NCBI GenBank assembly: GCA_965203485.1
Contig: OZ241892.1
Coordinates: forward strand, 2,240,001-2,304,000
Length of the DNA: 64,000 bases
Reading direction: 5' to 3'
Source of the DNA: Longimicrobiales bacterium
Lineage (GTDB): Bacteria > Gemmatimonadota > Gemmatimonadetes > Longimicrobiales > Gaopeijiaceae
Part shown: piece by piece, positions 36,193-46,057 of the stretch
Numbering within the stretch: position 1 is the first letter of the stretch
Layout of the letters: each line of letters starts with the position of its first letter
Notes under the pieces: generated by a model
Told to the model about the DNA's origin: nothing
What the model saw: the letters and a program-made list of their open reading frames with translations, nothing else
Databases searched by the model: none
Program-made: the position numbers and the translations under genes

Positions 36193-37989
36193 CTAGGAGG
36201 CCGCACCCTCCCCGACCCGCGGGCCCGCGACGCGCAGCCGCACCTTGACGATGTCGCCGTCGGTGTACTGCTGGTGGCGGACCGACGAGGCCAAGTGGCG
36301 CAACAACCGCAACGACATCTCGCGCTCGGCGGGCCCTTCGGCAGGGTTGTCGGCGAGCATGGCCATGCGGTCCTGGATGTTGCTGTCGCCGATCGACGCC
36401 ATGAACTCCATCTCGGCGTCGTCTCCGTCGGCGCCGACCACGACGATCAGCTTGCCCCAGACGGCATCCTCGCGCTCCTTCTTTTGTTCGGTGAGGGTGA
36501 CCAGCGTCTCCTCGGCCACGAGGCACATGCGGTCGGCGGCCGTCTCGTCCCATCCCTGCTTCGACGCGTACGCCGCAACGAAGTCCTTGATCTGCGACAA
36601 CGAGTCCATGTCGAGCCCGACGGCGAGCCGCTTGCGGCGGGCACGAGTAAGCTCGAAGAACGCCGAGAGCGCCAAGGCCGTGAACCCGCCCGCCGTCATG
36701 CCGTTGCCGAGCAGCGAGGCCATGCGGTCGCTCCACAGGTCGGGGAAGATGGCGTTGGCCTGAAAGCCCGCGCCGATCCAGAACGACACCCCGACGACGA
36801 TGCCCTGGCGCAGGTCGAGGCCGTCCTTGACCGCGATCCTCATGCCGACGATGAACAGAATCGCCATCAGCACCAGCCCGTAGGCGCCGATGACGGCGTC
36901 GGGAACGGCCAGCAGCAACGAAGTCGCCTTGGGCGAGAACGCCAAGACGATGAAGATGCCGCCGATGAAGACGCCCACCCGGCGTGCCGCGACTCCCGTC
37001 ACTTCCGTGACCGACACGCTCGACGAGTAGGTCGTGTTCGGCACCGTGGCGGCCAAGCCCGAAAGCAGGTTGCCCACGCCGTCGGCGGCCACGGCTCCTT
37101 GGACGGCCCGGTAGTCGGTGGCCCGCGGCCGCCGCCACGAGACGTTCTGGATCGCCACCGAGTCGCCGATTGTCTCGATCGCGCCCACGAGCGTCACGAA
37201 GATGAACGCCGGCAGCAGGACCCAGAACTCCGGCCCGAAGCCCAAGTCGAAGCCCATCCACGTGGATCCCGGCAACCCGAACCACGCCGCTGAAGCAACC
37301 GCTTCCGTGTCGTAGAGGCCGGACGCCAACGAGCCGGCGATCACGCCGATCACCGGGGCCCAGAGCCGCCAGACGCCGCTGCCGCGCAAGACGATCGCGA
37401 CAATGACCGCCATGGTGACTCCGGCGCCGAACGCCCCGCCGAGGTTCCCGAGCATCCGCGACAGCCAGTCGTCGAACGCCGACCCTGTGGGCCGGACTTG
37501 CGACATCATGTCGAAGAGGATCGGCATGATGGTGACCGAGATGAGCATGATCACGGTGCCAGCGACGGGCGGCGTGATGATCCGGCGCAGGAGCGACAAC
37601 CGGGAAGCGAGCAAGAACTGGAAGAGCGACGACGCGACCACCAGGGTGGCCAGCAGGGCCGGACCTCCCTCGGTCAAGGCCGTGATGCAGACCGCGATGA
37701 ACGCACCGGAGGTGCCCATGAGCAGGACGTAGCCCGCCCCGAACCGTCCGACCCGAACCGCCTGCAGGATCGTGGTGAGACCCGCAACGAGCAACGCCGC
37801 GAACACGGCCCAGGACAAGTACGAGTCGCTCTGGCCGGCGGCGCGAATGACGATGAGGGGCGTGAGCACGATGCCCGCGATCGTCACCGTGACGAACTGC
37901 GCGGCCATGCCGAAGGACAGCAGGTGGGGCGGTTTGTCGTGGGGCTCGTAGCGGACCGGCGAGGAGCCGGCCGAGGATGCATGTGCCAT
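36193..37989 (-). CDS. NCS2 (xanthine/uracil/ascorbate) permease fused to a C-terminal RsbW/HATPase_c-like domain
   Basis: RYEPHDKPP, LLMGTSGAFI, ETIGD, ADGVGN, PNTTYS...TG, FSPK; soluble tail of about 150 aa; GGAGG RBS. Confidence 0.88.
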   Translation of the reverse strand: MAHASSAGSSPVRYEPHDKPPHLLSFGMAAQFVTVTIAGIVLTPLIVIRAAGQSDSYLSWAVFAALLVAGLTTILQAVRVGRFGAGYVLLMGTSGAFIAVCITALTEGGPALLATLVVASSLFQFLLASRLSLLRRIITPPVAGTVIMLISVTIMPILFDMMSQVRPTGSAFDDWLSRMLGNLGGAFGAGVTMAVIVAIVLRGSGVWRLWAPVIGVIAGSLASGLYDTEAVASAAWFGLPGSTWMGFDLGFGPEFWVLLPAFIFVTLVGAIETIGDSVAIQNVSWRRPRATDYRAVQGAVAADGVGNLLSGLAATVPNTTYSSSVSVTEVTGVAARRVGVFIGGIFIVLAFSPKATSLLLAVPDAVIGAYGLVLMAILFIVGMRIAVKDGLDLRQGIVVGVSFWIGAGFQANAIFPDLWSDRMASLLGNGMTAGGFTALALSAFFELTRARRKRLAVGLDMDSLSQIKDFVAAYASKQGWDETAADRMCLVAEETLVTLTEQKKEREDAVWGKLIVVVGADGDDAEMEFMASIGDSNIQDRMAMLADNPAEGPAEREMSLRLLRHLASSVRHQQYTDGDIVKVRLRVAGPRVGEGAAS

Positions 37990-38042
37990 GCGGAATCCTC
38001 CGCGCAGAAGGGTGGTGGCGAGGGCTTGCTTGCGATTCCTCG

Positions 38043-38091
38043 CGGGATGCCCGTCGGGATGCGCGTCGGGACGCCCGGTCGGAGCGTCCCG
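38043..38091. repeat. Three imperfect 12-13 bp tandem repeats plus a partial inverted copy in the NCS2 leader
   Basis: cgggatgcccgt / cgggatgcgcgt / cgggacgcccggt, then gcgtcccg. Confidence 0.7.
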
Positions 38092-38106
38092 CCACTTCAA
38101 GACGGG

Positions 38107-38135
38107 AGACTACGCGCGGCCGGTCCTCGGTGCAA
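38107..38135 (-). promoter_or_regulatory. Putative sigma70 promoter of the NCS2 fusion gene, with an inverted repeat over -35
   Basis: TTGCAC-N17-TAGTCT; cggtcct-N7-aggaccg at 38121-38141. Confidence 0.5.
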
Positions 38136-38188
38136 GGACCGCGGACCCAGCGGCGACTACGATCATCGCCGGTCGCCCGGCGGCTCGC

Positions 38189-38398
38189 CTATGCGATGAT
38201 GGCGAGGGGCAGCAAGATCACGTAGCCGACCACGAGCAGTACCGGCGCCGCAGTGATGGAGCCCTGGTCCAGCAAGTAGTAGCCCACCGAGATCGCCGCG
38301 ACTGCCGCCAGCGCCAGCGCCGCGTTGGTTCGCGAGAACTTGAGCGACGGCAACGACGGCCTCGTCGTCGATGCGCCCTTGGACTTGTCGGTTGCCAT
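38189..38398 (-). CDS. Small 2-TM hypothetical membrane protein
   Basis: 69 aa, two hydrophobic helices, co-directional with the operon. Confidence 0.7.
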   Translation of the reverse strand: MATDKSKGASTTRPSLPSLKFSRTNAALALAAVAAISVGYYLLDQGSITAAPVLLVVGYVILLPLAIIA

Positions 38399-38407
38399 GC
38401 TTCAAGC

Positions 38408-39376
38408 CTAGCGACAAGCGCCGGTGCGGGTCAATCCGGCGGCGGCGCGCTCAGACCAGTAGGCGGGGGCGTCGGGCGGATCGCGGGCGCGAAGCCTCGC
38501 CATGCGCTCGCGGTCCCGGCGGCGGCGGGACCACGCCAAGGCGAGGGCGGCGGCGCCGAGAAGGACCCAGAACGGGGCCGAGTGCGAGACGACGACCGCC
38601 CACCCGTACCGTCGCTTGACCCAACGGCGCCAATCCGCTTCCAACTGCGACGGGGTCGCCCCGTAGGTGGCCCGGAGCGCCTCGTCGAACGACCCGCCCT
38701 GGCGCCAACGCGCCAGCATGGCCTCCAAGCCGACGACGCCGCTCGACGCGACGAGGTACTCCACGGCGGACGCCGACAGCAGGTACGCGAGTTCCGCGCC
38801 GGGCCCCGTGCGCGGCCACGCCAGCGCGAGGGAGTCGAGCGGGGGCGCGGCGCCGAGCGCCAACGCAAGCCCCAGGCGCAACGAGCCATGGTCCAGCCAT
38901 CCGCCGACGGCCCATTCGGCGTACCCCTCCGCGAACCAGCGCGGGACCCGCCTGCCTTCGAGTTCGTGCGCGAGCATCAGGTGCGCCCACTCGTGACGCA
39001 GGATGCGCGCTTGGCCGGAGGCCGGAGCCGGGCCCGCCAGCGCACCGGGAATCACGATCTCCATCCGGTCCGGAAGCGCCATGGCAGCCGCCCACTCGGG
39101 CACTCGCCCGCCGGCAAGCGAGTCCATGGCGCCCCGGGTGGGCGCCACGACGAGACGCACCGGGGGCGGAGCCGCGCGGAGGGCCGGAAGACGCTCGAAG
39201 GAGCTCAGCACGACGAGCGCGGCGGCGGCTCGCGCCGAGTCGCGCGGCGCAAAGCGCGCTACGACGCCGGGCGCTCGGAGTTCGCGCCACGGCTGGACCG
39301 GGCCGAGTCCCGCCGCTTCGCCGGACGCGACGACCGCCAGCGCCAGAGCGGCCGCGGGCACGCGTCGCCGCGGCAT
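38408..39376 (-). CDS. Peptidase MA-like metallopeptidase domain protein
   Basis: LRHEWAH...VPRWFAEGYAE; signal peptide and C-terminal TM. Confidence 0.85.
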   Translation of the reverse strand: MPRRRVPAAALALAVVASGEAAGLGPVQPWRELRAPGVVARFAPRDSARAAAALVVLSSFERLPALRAAPPPVRLVVAPTRGAMDSLAGGRVPEWAAAMALPDRMEIVIPGALAGPAPASGQARILRHEWAHLMLAHELEGRRVPRWFAEGYAEWAVGGWLDHGSLRLGLALALGAAPPLDSLALAWPRTGPGAELAYLLSASAVEYLVASSGVVGLEAMLARWRQGGSFDEALRATYGATPSQLEADWRRWVKRRYGWAVVVSHSAPFWVLLGAAALALAWSRRRRDRERMARLRARDPPDAPAYWSERAAAGLTRTGACR

Positions 39377-39378
39377 GG

Positions 39379-40479
39379 TCACGCCTCGTCGCTGGGCGGC
39401 GGCCAGGGTTGCGCGGCCCAGCGTCGCATGCCGTCCAGGCTGGGGGGCAGGGGCGACTCGAAGGCCATCGGCACGCCCGACACCGGGTGCGCGAACTCGA
39501 GGCGGTGCGCGTGCAGGAACTGGCGGGACGCCCGCCGCGCCAGCGCACGCGCCCATTGGCCGTCGGCGCCCTGGAATCCACGTTCGCGCCCGGCCCCGTA
39601 GACGGAGTCGCCCACGACGGGGTGGCCCACGGAGGCCGCGTGGACACGGATCTGGTGCGTGCGCCCCGTGGCCAGCTTGGCCTCGCAGAAACAGGCCGCC
39701 CGCCAGCGCTCGAGCACGCGAAAACGGGTCTGCGCGGGGCGGCCGGCGGCGACGACGGCCATGCGGGTGCGGTCGCGCGGGTGCCGTCCGACCGGGCGGT
39801 CCACCGTCGTGGGCGATTCCGGCAACTTTCCCCACAACGCCGCCATGTAGGTGCGGCCCACCGCGCGTTCCTGCAATGCGCCCGACAGGGCTCGGTGCGC
39901 CCGTTCGGACTTGGCCGCCACCATCAGGCCGGAGGTGTCGCGGTCGAGACGGTGCACGATCCCGGGCCGCCGCGGTCCGCCGATGCCGGACATTTCGCCC
40001 ACATGGTGCAGCAACGCGTTGACCAGCGTGCCGCTCGGATGGCCCGGCGCCGGGTGCACGACCAAGCCGGCCGGCTTTTCGACGACGACCAGGTCGGCGT
40101 CCTCGAACACGATGTCGAGCGGGATGTCCTCGGGCCGGGCGGAGACCGGCGGCGGCGGCGGAACCAGCGCCGCGACGCGCTGTCCGGCGGAGACGGCCTG
40201 GGACTTGCGCGCCGGAGAGCCGTCCACCCTCACCCAGCCCCCCTCGATCAGGCCGGCGGCCCGGCTGCGCGACGTGCCCAGCTCGGCGGCGACATGGCGG
40301 TCCAGACGGCCGGCCGCCCCGTCGGCGACGACCCAACGCCGCCGCTCCTCGGCCACGCCCTGCGGACCGGCGTCGTCTCCGCTCGCGCCGGGCCGACGTC
40401 CGCCCGGCGCCTCGTCGCGTCCGTCTCCGCCGTCGCCCGGCGGCGGCGCTTGCTCCGGGGCCGGGGCCAAGGCGTCCAT
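39379..40479 (-). CDS. rluD: RluA-family (RluD-like) pseudouridine synthase
   Basis: S4 domain, KPAGLVVHP, HRLDRDTSG, TGRTHQIRVH. Confidence 0.92.
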   Translation of the reverse strand: MDALAPAPEQAPPPGDGGDGRDEAPGGRRPGASGDDAGPQGVAEERRRWVVADGAAGRLDRHVAAELGTSRSRAAGLIEGGWVRVDGSPARKSQAVSAGQRVAALVPPPPPVSARPEDIPLDIVFEDADLVVVEKPAGLVVHPAPGHPSGTLVNALLHHVGEMSGIGGPRRPGIVHRLDRDTSGLMVAAKSERAHRALSGALQERAVGRTYMAALWGKLPESPTTVDRPVGRHPRDRTRMAVVAAGRPAQTRFRVLERWRAACFCEAKLATGRTHQIRVHAASVGHPVVGDSVYGAGRERGFQGADGQWARALARRASRQFLHAHRLEFAHPVSGVPMAFESPLPPSLDGMRRWAAQPWPPPSDEA

Positions 40480-43400
40480 CAGGATACGGCCGACAGCCCG
40501 AGCACCGCGGTCTCGCCCGCCACGACGCATTCGTGCCGCGATTCGAACCCGCCGCCCACCTCGTCGCCCGCCTCGACCGACACCGCCAACGTCTCCCGGG
40601 CGATGCGGGCGCGGTGCTCGCGGGCCGCCGCGACCACCTCGGCGGCGCCGCCGATCGCCACGCGAATCCGATCGGTGACGTTCAAGCCCTCGTCTCTGCG
40701 CACCCGTTGAATGCGGTTCACCAGGTCGCGCGCCACCCCCTCGCGCACGAGCTCTTCCGTGAGCACCGGATCCAAGGCGGCGACGCAGCGCCCGTCCGAG
40801 CGCACCACCCAGTCGCCCCGAGCCTCGGCGACCAGCTCGAAGTCGTCGGCGCCGAACTCGACCCTCTCGCCGCCGACCTCGAGACGCAACTCGCCCTCGC
40901 CGTCGCGGAACGCCGCCAGCTCCGCATGGCCGAGGGCGCGGATGCGCGCGGCGGCCTCTTGCGTCCGCTTGCCGAAGCGGCGCCCCAGCGAGCGAAACCG
41001 GGGCCGCGCCGACAGCGCGGTCAGGCCGTCGGCCGAGTCGGCGAACTCCACTTCCTTCACGTTGATCTCGTCCTTGAGCAGCTGCAGGACGTCGGGGGCG
41101 GGCGGCGGCCCCGGAACAACCGCGCGCATTCTGCGAAGCGGCTGGCGCACCCGCTCGCCGATTTCCTCGCGCGCCGCCCTCGCCAGGGCGCTCAGCGCGC
41201 GCGCGTGCCCCATCTGCTCCTCGAGCTCCGGGACGGCCAGCGCGGGGTCGGCCGCGGGAAAGGGTTCCGCGTGGCTCGAGCGCCCCACCAGCGCCCGGTG
41301 CAGCCAGTCGGACGCGAAGGGCGCGACCGGCGCAACGAGCAGGGCCACGACGCGCAACGCTTCGTGCAGCGTGGCGAACGCGGCCGCCGAATCCTCGGCG
41401 CCGGTGGCGCCCCAGAAGCGAGGGCGGGACCGCCGCACGTACCAGTTGGAGAGGTCGGCGTCCACGAAGGCGGCGACGTCCCGGTAGGCGCGCGTGGGGC
41501 CGTAGCCGTCCAGGCCGGCGCGCACCCGGCCCACCAAACCGTGAAGACGCGACAGGAGCCAGCGGTCCAACGCGGGCCGGGCGCTCGCGAGGGGCGGAGG
41601 ACCGGCGGGGTCCCACCCCTCGATCTTGCCGTAGAGAGCGAAGAAGCGATACGTGTTGAGCAACGTGTCGAAGAAGCGCGAAGCGGATTCCTTGGCGTCC
41701 TCGGGATCGTAGCGCGTCGGAAGCCACGGGTTGCTCACGGTCACCAAGTACCAGCGCAAGCCGTCCGCCCCCTGTTCGGCGACGGCGTCCCACGGATCTA
41801 CGGTGTTGCCGCGGGACTTGGACATCTTGCGGCCCTGGGCGTCCAGGATCATGTCGTTGACGACGACGTTGCGGAAGGCCGGACCCGAGCCCAGCAGCGT
41901 CGAGATCGCATGCATCGAGTAGAACCAGCCCCGCGTCTGGTCCACGGCTTCGCAAATGAAGTCGGCCGGGAAATGGCGGTCGAACCGCTCTCGATTCTCG
42001 AACGGATAGTGCCACTGGGCCCACGGCATCGCTCCCGAGTCGAACCAGACGTCCAGGACCTCCGGCGTCCGCCGCATTGCCGCACCGGACTCGGGGCAGG
42101 TCCACGTCACTTCGTCGACGAAGGGGCGATGCGGATCGAAGCCGGCGGGCAGGCCGCCCGCCTTGGCCGCGAGTTCGTCCAGGCCGCCGATCCACTCGAC
42201 GCGCCCCGGATCTTCCTCCGACACCCAAGCGGGGATCGGGGTGCCCCAGTAACGGTCTCGCGACAGCGCCCAGTCCACGTTCCCCTTCAACCACTCCTCG
42301 AAGCGGCCCCGGCCCACTTCGGGCGGATGCCACGATACTTGGCGGTTGTTCTCCAGCAGGGCGTCGCGGAGCGCGGACGTGCGGGCGAACCAGCTGTGGC
42401 GGGCCATGTAGACGAGCGGCGCGTCGCATCGCCAGCAGTGCGGATAGGAGTGGACGGCGCGTCCGCAACGAAACACGCGGCCGCGCCGACGGAGGTCGCC
42501 GACCAGCAGATCGTCGGCGTCCTTGAAGAAGACGCCGCCCACGAGCGGCAGGCCGGGATCGAAGGTCCCGTCGGTGCGAAGGGGCTCCAGCACGGCCAGG
42601 CCCAACTTCTCGCCGACCTCGTAGTCGTCCGCGCCGTACGCAGGCGCCAGGTGCACGATGCCGGTGCCCTCCGCCGCCGTCACGAACGCGCCCGGCACGA
42701 TCTCCCAGGCGCACCCCTTCGCGCGGCTCTCGGGAATCAGATCGAAGGGGCGGCGGTACCGCCTGCCCAGGAGATCGTCCGCCGGAACGCGCGCGCGAAC
42801 GGCGTCGGCGCCAAGAAGGGCTTCCGCTCTGTCGCGGGCAAGGACGACGCGGCGGCCCTCGTGCTCGGCCTCCACGTACTCGATCTCCGGGTTGACGGCC
42901 AGCGCGGCGTTGGCCACCAGCGTCCACGGCGTCGTGGTCCACACCAGCAGGCCGCGTCCCGATCCGTCCTCGAGGTCCAGGCGGACGTAGAGCGACGGAT
43001 CCTCCACGTCGCGGTAGCCCAGCGACAGCTCGTGCGCGGAGAGAACGGTCTCGTCCGCCGGGCACCACGGCACGACCTTGTGACCGCGGTAGAGCAGGCC
43101 CGTGGCCGCCATCCGCTTGAGAATCCACCACACGGACTCGACGTACTCGGGGCTGAGCGTTACGTAGGGCCGGGAGTAGTCGAGCCAGTAGCCGATGCGC
43201 TCCGAGAAGCGCTCCCACTCCGACTTGTAGGCGAAGACGGAGGACCTGCACTGCTCGTTGAACCAGGCGATGCCGCGGGCCTCGATCTCCTTCTTCCCGG
43301 CGATGCCGAGCCGCTTCTGCGCTTCGATCTCGACGGGCAGGCCGTGCGTGTCCCAGCCCGCGATGCGCGTCACGCGCTTGCCCAGCATCGTCTGGTAGCG

Positions 43401-43604
43401 GCAGAAGAGGTCCTTGAGCGCGCGGCTCACGACGTGGTGCAGGCCGGGCCGCCCGTTGGCGGTCGGGGGTCCTTCGAAGAACACGAAGTCCCCGGCGGCG
43501 CCGGCGGCTTCCTGGACCCGCCGGAAGGTGTCCTCGTCTCGCCACGCCGCCAGCACTTCCTCCTCCAGCAAAACGAGCGAGGAGGGCGCTTCGGGAAAGC
43601 GCAT
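40479..43604 (-). CDS. ileS: Isoleucine--tRNA ligase (type 2)
   Basis: EGPPTANGRPGLHH, GWDTHGLPVE, WTTTPWTL, SRDRYWGTP, KMSKS. Confidence 0.97.
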   Translation of the reverse strand: MRFPEAPSSLVLLEEEVLAAWRDEDTFRRVQEAAGAAGDFVFFEGPPTANGRPGLHHVVSRALKDLFCRYQTMLGKRVTRIAGWDTHGLPVEIEAQKRLGIAGKKEIEARGIAWFNEQCRSSVFAYKSEWERFSERIGYWLDYSRPYVTLSPEYVESVWWILKRMAATGLLYRGHKVVPWCPADETVLSAHELSLGYRDVEDPSLYVRLDLEDGSGRGLLVWTTTPWTLVANAALAVNPEIEYVEAEHEGRRVVLARDRAEALLGADAVRARVPADDLLGRRYRRPFDLIPESRAKGCAWEIVPGAFVTAAEGTGIVHLAPAYGADDYEVGEKLGLAVLEPLRTDGTFDPGLPLVGGVFFKDADDLLVGDLRRRGRVFRCGRAVHSYPHCWRCDAPLVYMARHSWFARTSALRDALLENNRQVSWHPPEVGRGRFEEWLKGNVDWALSRDRYWGTPIPAWVSEEDPGRVEWIGGLDELAAKAGGLPAGFDPHRPFVDEVTWTCPESGAAMRRTPEVLDVWFDSGAMPWAQWHYPFENRERFDRHFPADFICEAVDQTRGWFYSMHAISTLLGSGPAFRNVVVNDMILDAQGRKMSKSRGNTVDPWDAVAEQGADGLRWYLVTVSNPWLPTRYDPEDAKESASRFFDTLLNTYRFFALYGKIEGWDPAGPPPLASARPALDRWLLSRLHGLVGRVRAGLDGYGPTRAYRDVAAFVDADLSNWYVRRSRPRFWGATGAEDSAAAFATLHEALRVVALLVAPVAPFASDWLHRALVGRSSHAEPFPAADPALAVPELEEQMGHARALSALARAAREEIGERVRQPLRRMRAVVPGPPPAPDVLQLLKDEINVKEVEFADSADGLTALSARPRFRSLGRRFGKRTQEAAARIRALGHAELAAFRDGEGELRLEVGGERVEFGADDFELVAEARGDWVVRSDGRCVAALDPVLTEELVREGVARDLVNRIQRVRRDEGLNVTDRIRVAIGGAAEVVAAAREHRARIARETLAVSVEAGDEVGGGFESRHECVVAGETAVLGLSAVS

Positions 43605-43606
43605 GG

Positions 43607-44563
43607 TCAGGCCCTGGAGGGGCGGGGCGGCGCACCGCCTCGCTGGGTCTCCGCCGGGACGAGGCGCGCATCCGGGGGAGCGGCGGCCGCGTCCCCCGGA
43701 GATCCGGCCGCGGGCCGGCACGCTTCGATCGCCGGGTCGCCGAGGACGCCGGAGAGGATGCGCAGCAGGGCGGGCTGGGCGGCCTGGGCCGCGGCGGCGA
43801 CACTCTCGGCCGTGGCCGCGTCCGGCACGGGAAGACACGTGTTGGCGACGACCGACAAGCCGAGGACCCTCATGCCCATGTGGCGCGCCGCGATCGTCTC
43901 GGGGACGGTGGACATTCCCACGACGTCGGCGCCCGCGGCGCGCAGCATGCGATTCTCGGCGCCGGTCTCCAGCTGGGGCCCTCTCACGGCGGCGTAGACG
44001 CCCCGCCGCAACGGCACGCCGCCGGCGGCGGCCGCCGCCGCCGCGCGCTCCCGCAACGCCTCGTCGTAGGGCGCCGACATGTCGGGGAAGCGCGGCCCGA
44101 GCTCGTCGAGGTTGGGGCCGATCAGCGGGCTCGTGCCTTGCAGGTTGACGTGGTCGTCGAGCGCAACCCAGTCTCCCGGGCGCCAACGGTCGTGCAGGCA
44201 TCCCGCGGCCGCCGTCACCACCAAGTCGCGGGCGCCCAGCAGCTTGAGGACGCGCACCGGGAAGACCACTTGAGCCGCGGAATAGCCCTCGTACAGGTGG
44301 ATGCGGCCCTGCATCGCAACCACCGGTGCCCCTCGGAGCCGCGCCAGGACCAGCCGGCCACGATGGTTGGAAGCGGTCGAACGAGGAAAGTGCGGGATCT
44401 CCTCGTACGGGATCTCGCATTCGACGTCCCATTCGGCGGCCGCGCCGCCCAGCCCCGTGCCGAGCACGACGCCCGCGCGGGGTTCGACGGAGCAACTCCG
44501 GCGCACGGCCGCCGCCGCTTCCCGGAGCCGCGCCATCTCGCCCTCGGCGAAGCCGGTCGTCAT
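43607..44563 (-). CDS. Purine-nucleoside phosphorylase (trimeric type)
   Basis: VVLGTGLG, QGRIHLYEG, GPRFPDMS, GPQLET, VGMSTVPE. Confidence 0.93.
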   Translation of the reverse strand: MTTGFAEGEMARLREAAAAVRRSCSVEPRAGVVLGTGLGGAAAEWDVECEIPYEEIPHFPRSTASNHRGRLVLARLRGAPVVAMQGRIHLYEGYSAAQVVFPVRVLKLLGARDLVVTAAAGCLHDRWRPGDWVALDDHVNLQGTSPLIGPNLDELGPRFPDMSAPYDEALRERAAAAAAAGGVPLRRGVYAAVRGPQLETGAENRMLRAAGADVVGMSTVPETIAARHMGMRVLGLSVVANTCLPVPDAATAESVAAAAQAAQPALLRILSGVLGDPAIEACRPAAGSPGDAAAAPPDARLVPAETQRGGAPPRPSRA

Positions 44564-45276
44564 GTCGGCCGGGCTCCCAGCAACGCCGTCCCCAGGCGCA
44601 CCATCGTGCTGCCCTCCTCCACGGCCACGGCGTAGTCGCTGGACATCCCCATCGAAAGTTCCAGCGACGCGACGCCGAGCGCCTTGGCCGCGAGCGCGGC
44701 CGCTTCCCGCGCGCGCCCGAAGGTCGCCCGCAGCACGGCCTCGTCGCTGGTGAACGGCGCCATCGTCATCATCCCCGTCATGCGCAGGCCGGGCAGTTCG
44801 GCAACGGCGGCGGCCTCGTCCGGCGCGGCGTCGGGCGCGAAGCCCCCCTTCGTCGCTTCGCCCGACGCGTTGACCTGCACCAGCACCGAGGTCTCGCGCC
44901 CAGCGGCCTCCGCGGCGCGCGACAGCTTGCGCGCGAGCTTGAGCGAATCCACGCTGTGGACGAGTCCGCCCAGTTGCACGGCGCGGGCCGCCTTGCGGCT
45001 CTGCACGTGCCCGATCACGTGCCAGCGCGCGCCGCGCGCGTGGAACAGGGGCGCCTTGGCCTCGAGCTCTTCCACGCGGTTCTCTCCCAAGTCGCGCACG
45101 CCCGCGTCCAGCACGGCCTCGGCGGCGGCGGGCGGGTGACCCTTGGTGACGGCCACCACGCGAACTGCGCTCGCCGGTCTTCCGCCGCGCCCCGCCGCAT
45201 CGGCGATCCGCTCGGCTACGAGCGGAAGGCGGTTGCCGAGGAAGCGCGAGTAGGCCGCGACGTCCAACGCGCTCAA
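44560..45276 (-). CDS. yggS: PLP homeostasis protein, YggS family
   Basis: VAVTK, LGENRVEE, WHVIGHVQSRK, LSMGMSSDY, STMVRLGT. Confidence 0.95.
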   Translation of the reverse strand: MSALDVAAYSRFLGNRLPLVAERIADAAGRGGRPASAVRVVAVTKGHPPAAAEAVLDAGVRDLGENRVEELEAKAPLFHARGARWHVIGHVQSRKAARAVQLGGLVHSVDSLKLARKLSRAAEAAGRETSVLVQVNASGEATKGGFAPDAAPDEAAAVAELPGLRMTGMMTMAPFTSDEAVLRATFGRAREAAALAAKALGVASLELSMGMSSDYAVAVEEGSTMVRLGTALLGARPT

Positions 45277-45340
45277 GGCAAGAGCGCCCCGCCGGCTCCC
45301 GGTTGCCGGCGGGGCGCTCTCCCTCTCGGCGAAGCTGCGG

Positions 45341-46057
45341 CTAATTCGCTCGGAACGTCACCGAAAGGTAGACCCACACGGGCACCGGCTTGTCGCGGTT
45401 CATGGCCGGCGAAAACTTGAAGAGATGGGCCACCGAGAGCGCGGCGTCGTCGAGCGACTTGTGGCCGGACGTCTCTCGCAAGTACGAGTTGGCCACGTTG
45501 CCCTTTTCGTCGACGTAGAAGTTGATCGTCGGACTGCCGCCGATGCCGGCATCCTTGAGGATCGCCGGATAGGCGCGCTGCAACAGTCGGTCGACCTCGG
45601 CGCTGTTCCGCAAGGAAGGCCGGACCTCGGTCGGCGTGTAGACGTACTGCTGCGAGATGTCGGTCTCCACCTCTTCGGGCGGCGGAGGCAGGTTCTCGAC
45701 CGGGTTCGCCTCCATCGTCGTGAGGTCGATCGTCACGTCGTCGTCGACCAAGTTCGAATCGACGATCAGCGGCGTCGCCGGGCGGGCGACTTGGGCGGGC
45801 GGCGGCGGAATGTCGATTTCCGGCTGGATGTTCTCGATCTGGATCTCGTCGACGTTGATCGAGACGTCTTCCGCCTGCAGTTCCGGCCAGAACGCGAACA
45901 CGCAGAAGTGCACCAGCGTGGCGGCGGTCATCGAACCCCAGAACCAAGCCGGAAACCCTTGCTTGAAGCGATCGTTGGCAGTGAACGGCCCGCCGTCGGC
46001 GGCAAGCGCGTCCTCGGCCTCACGGGCCGCCCAGTCGTCCATGTTCTGTTCGTTCAT
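45341..46057 (-). CDS. tonB: Energy transducer TonB
   Basis: N-terminal TM, Pro-rich linker, YPAILKDAGIGG...LDDAAL...FSPAMN. Confidence 0.9.
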   Translation of the reverse strand: MNEQNMDDWAAREAEDALAADGGPFTANDRFKQGFPAWFWGSMTAATLVHFCVFAFWPELQAEDVSINVDEIQIENIQPEIDIPPPPAQVARPATPLIVDSNLVDDDVTIDLTTMEANPVENLPPPPEEVETDISQQYVYTPTEVRPSLRNSAEVDRLLQRAYPAILKDAGIGGSPTINFYVDEKGNVANSYLRETSGHKSLDDAALSVAHLFKFSPAMNRDKPVPVWVYLSVTFRAN

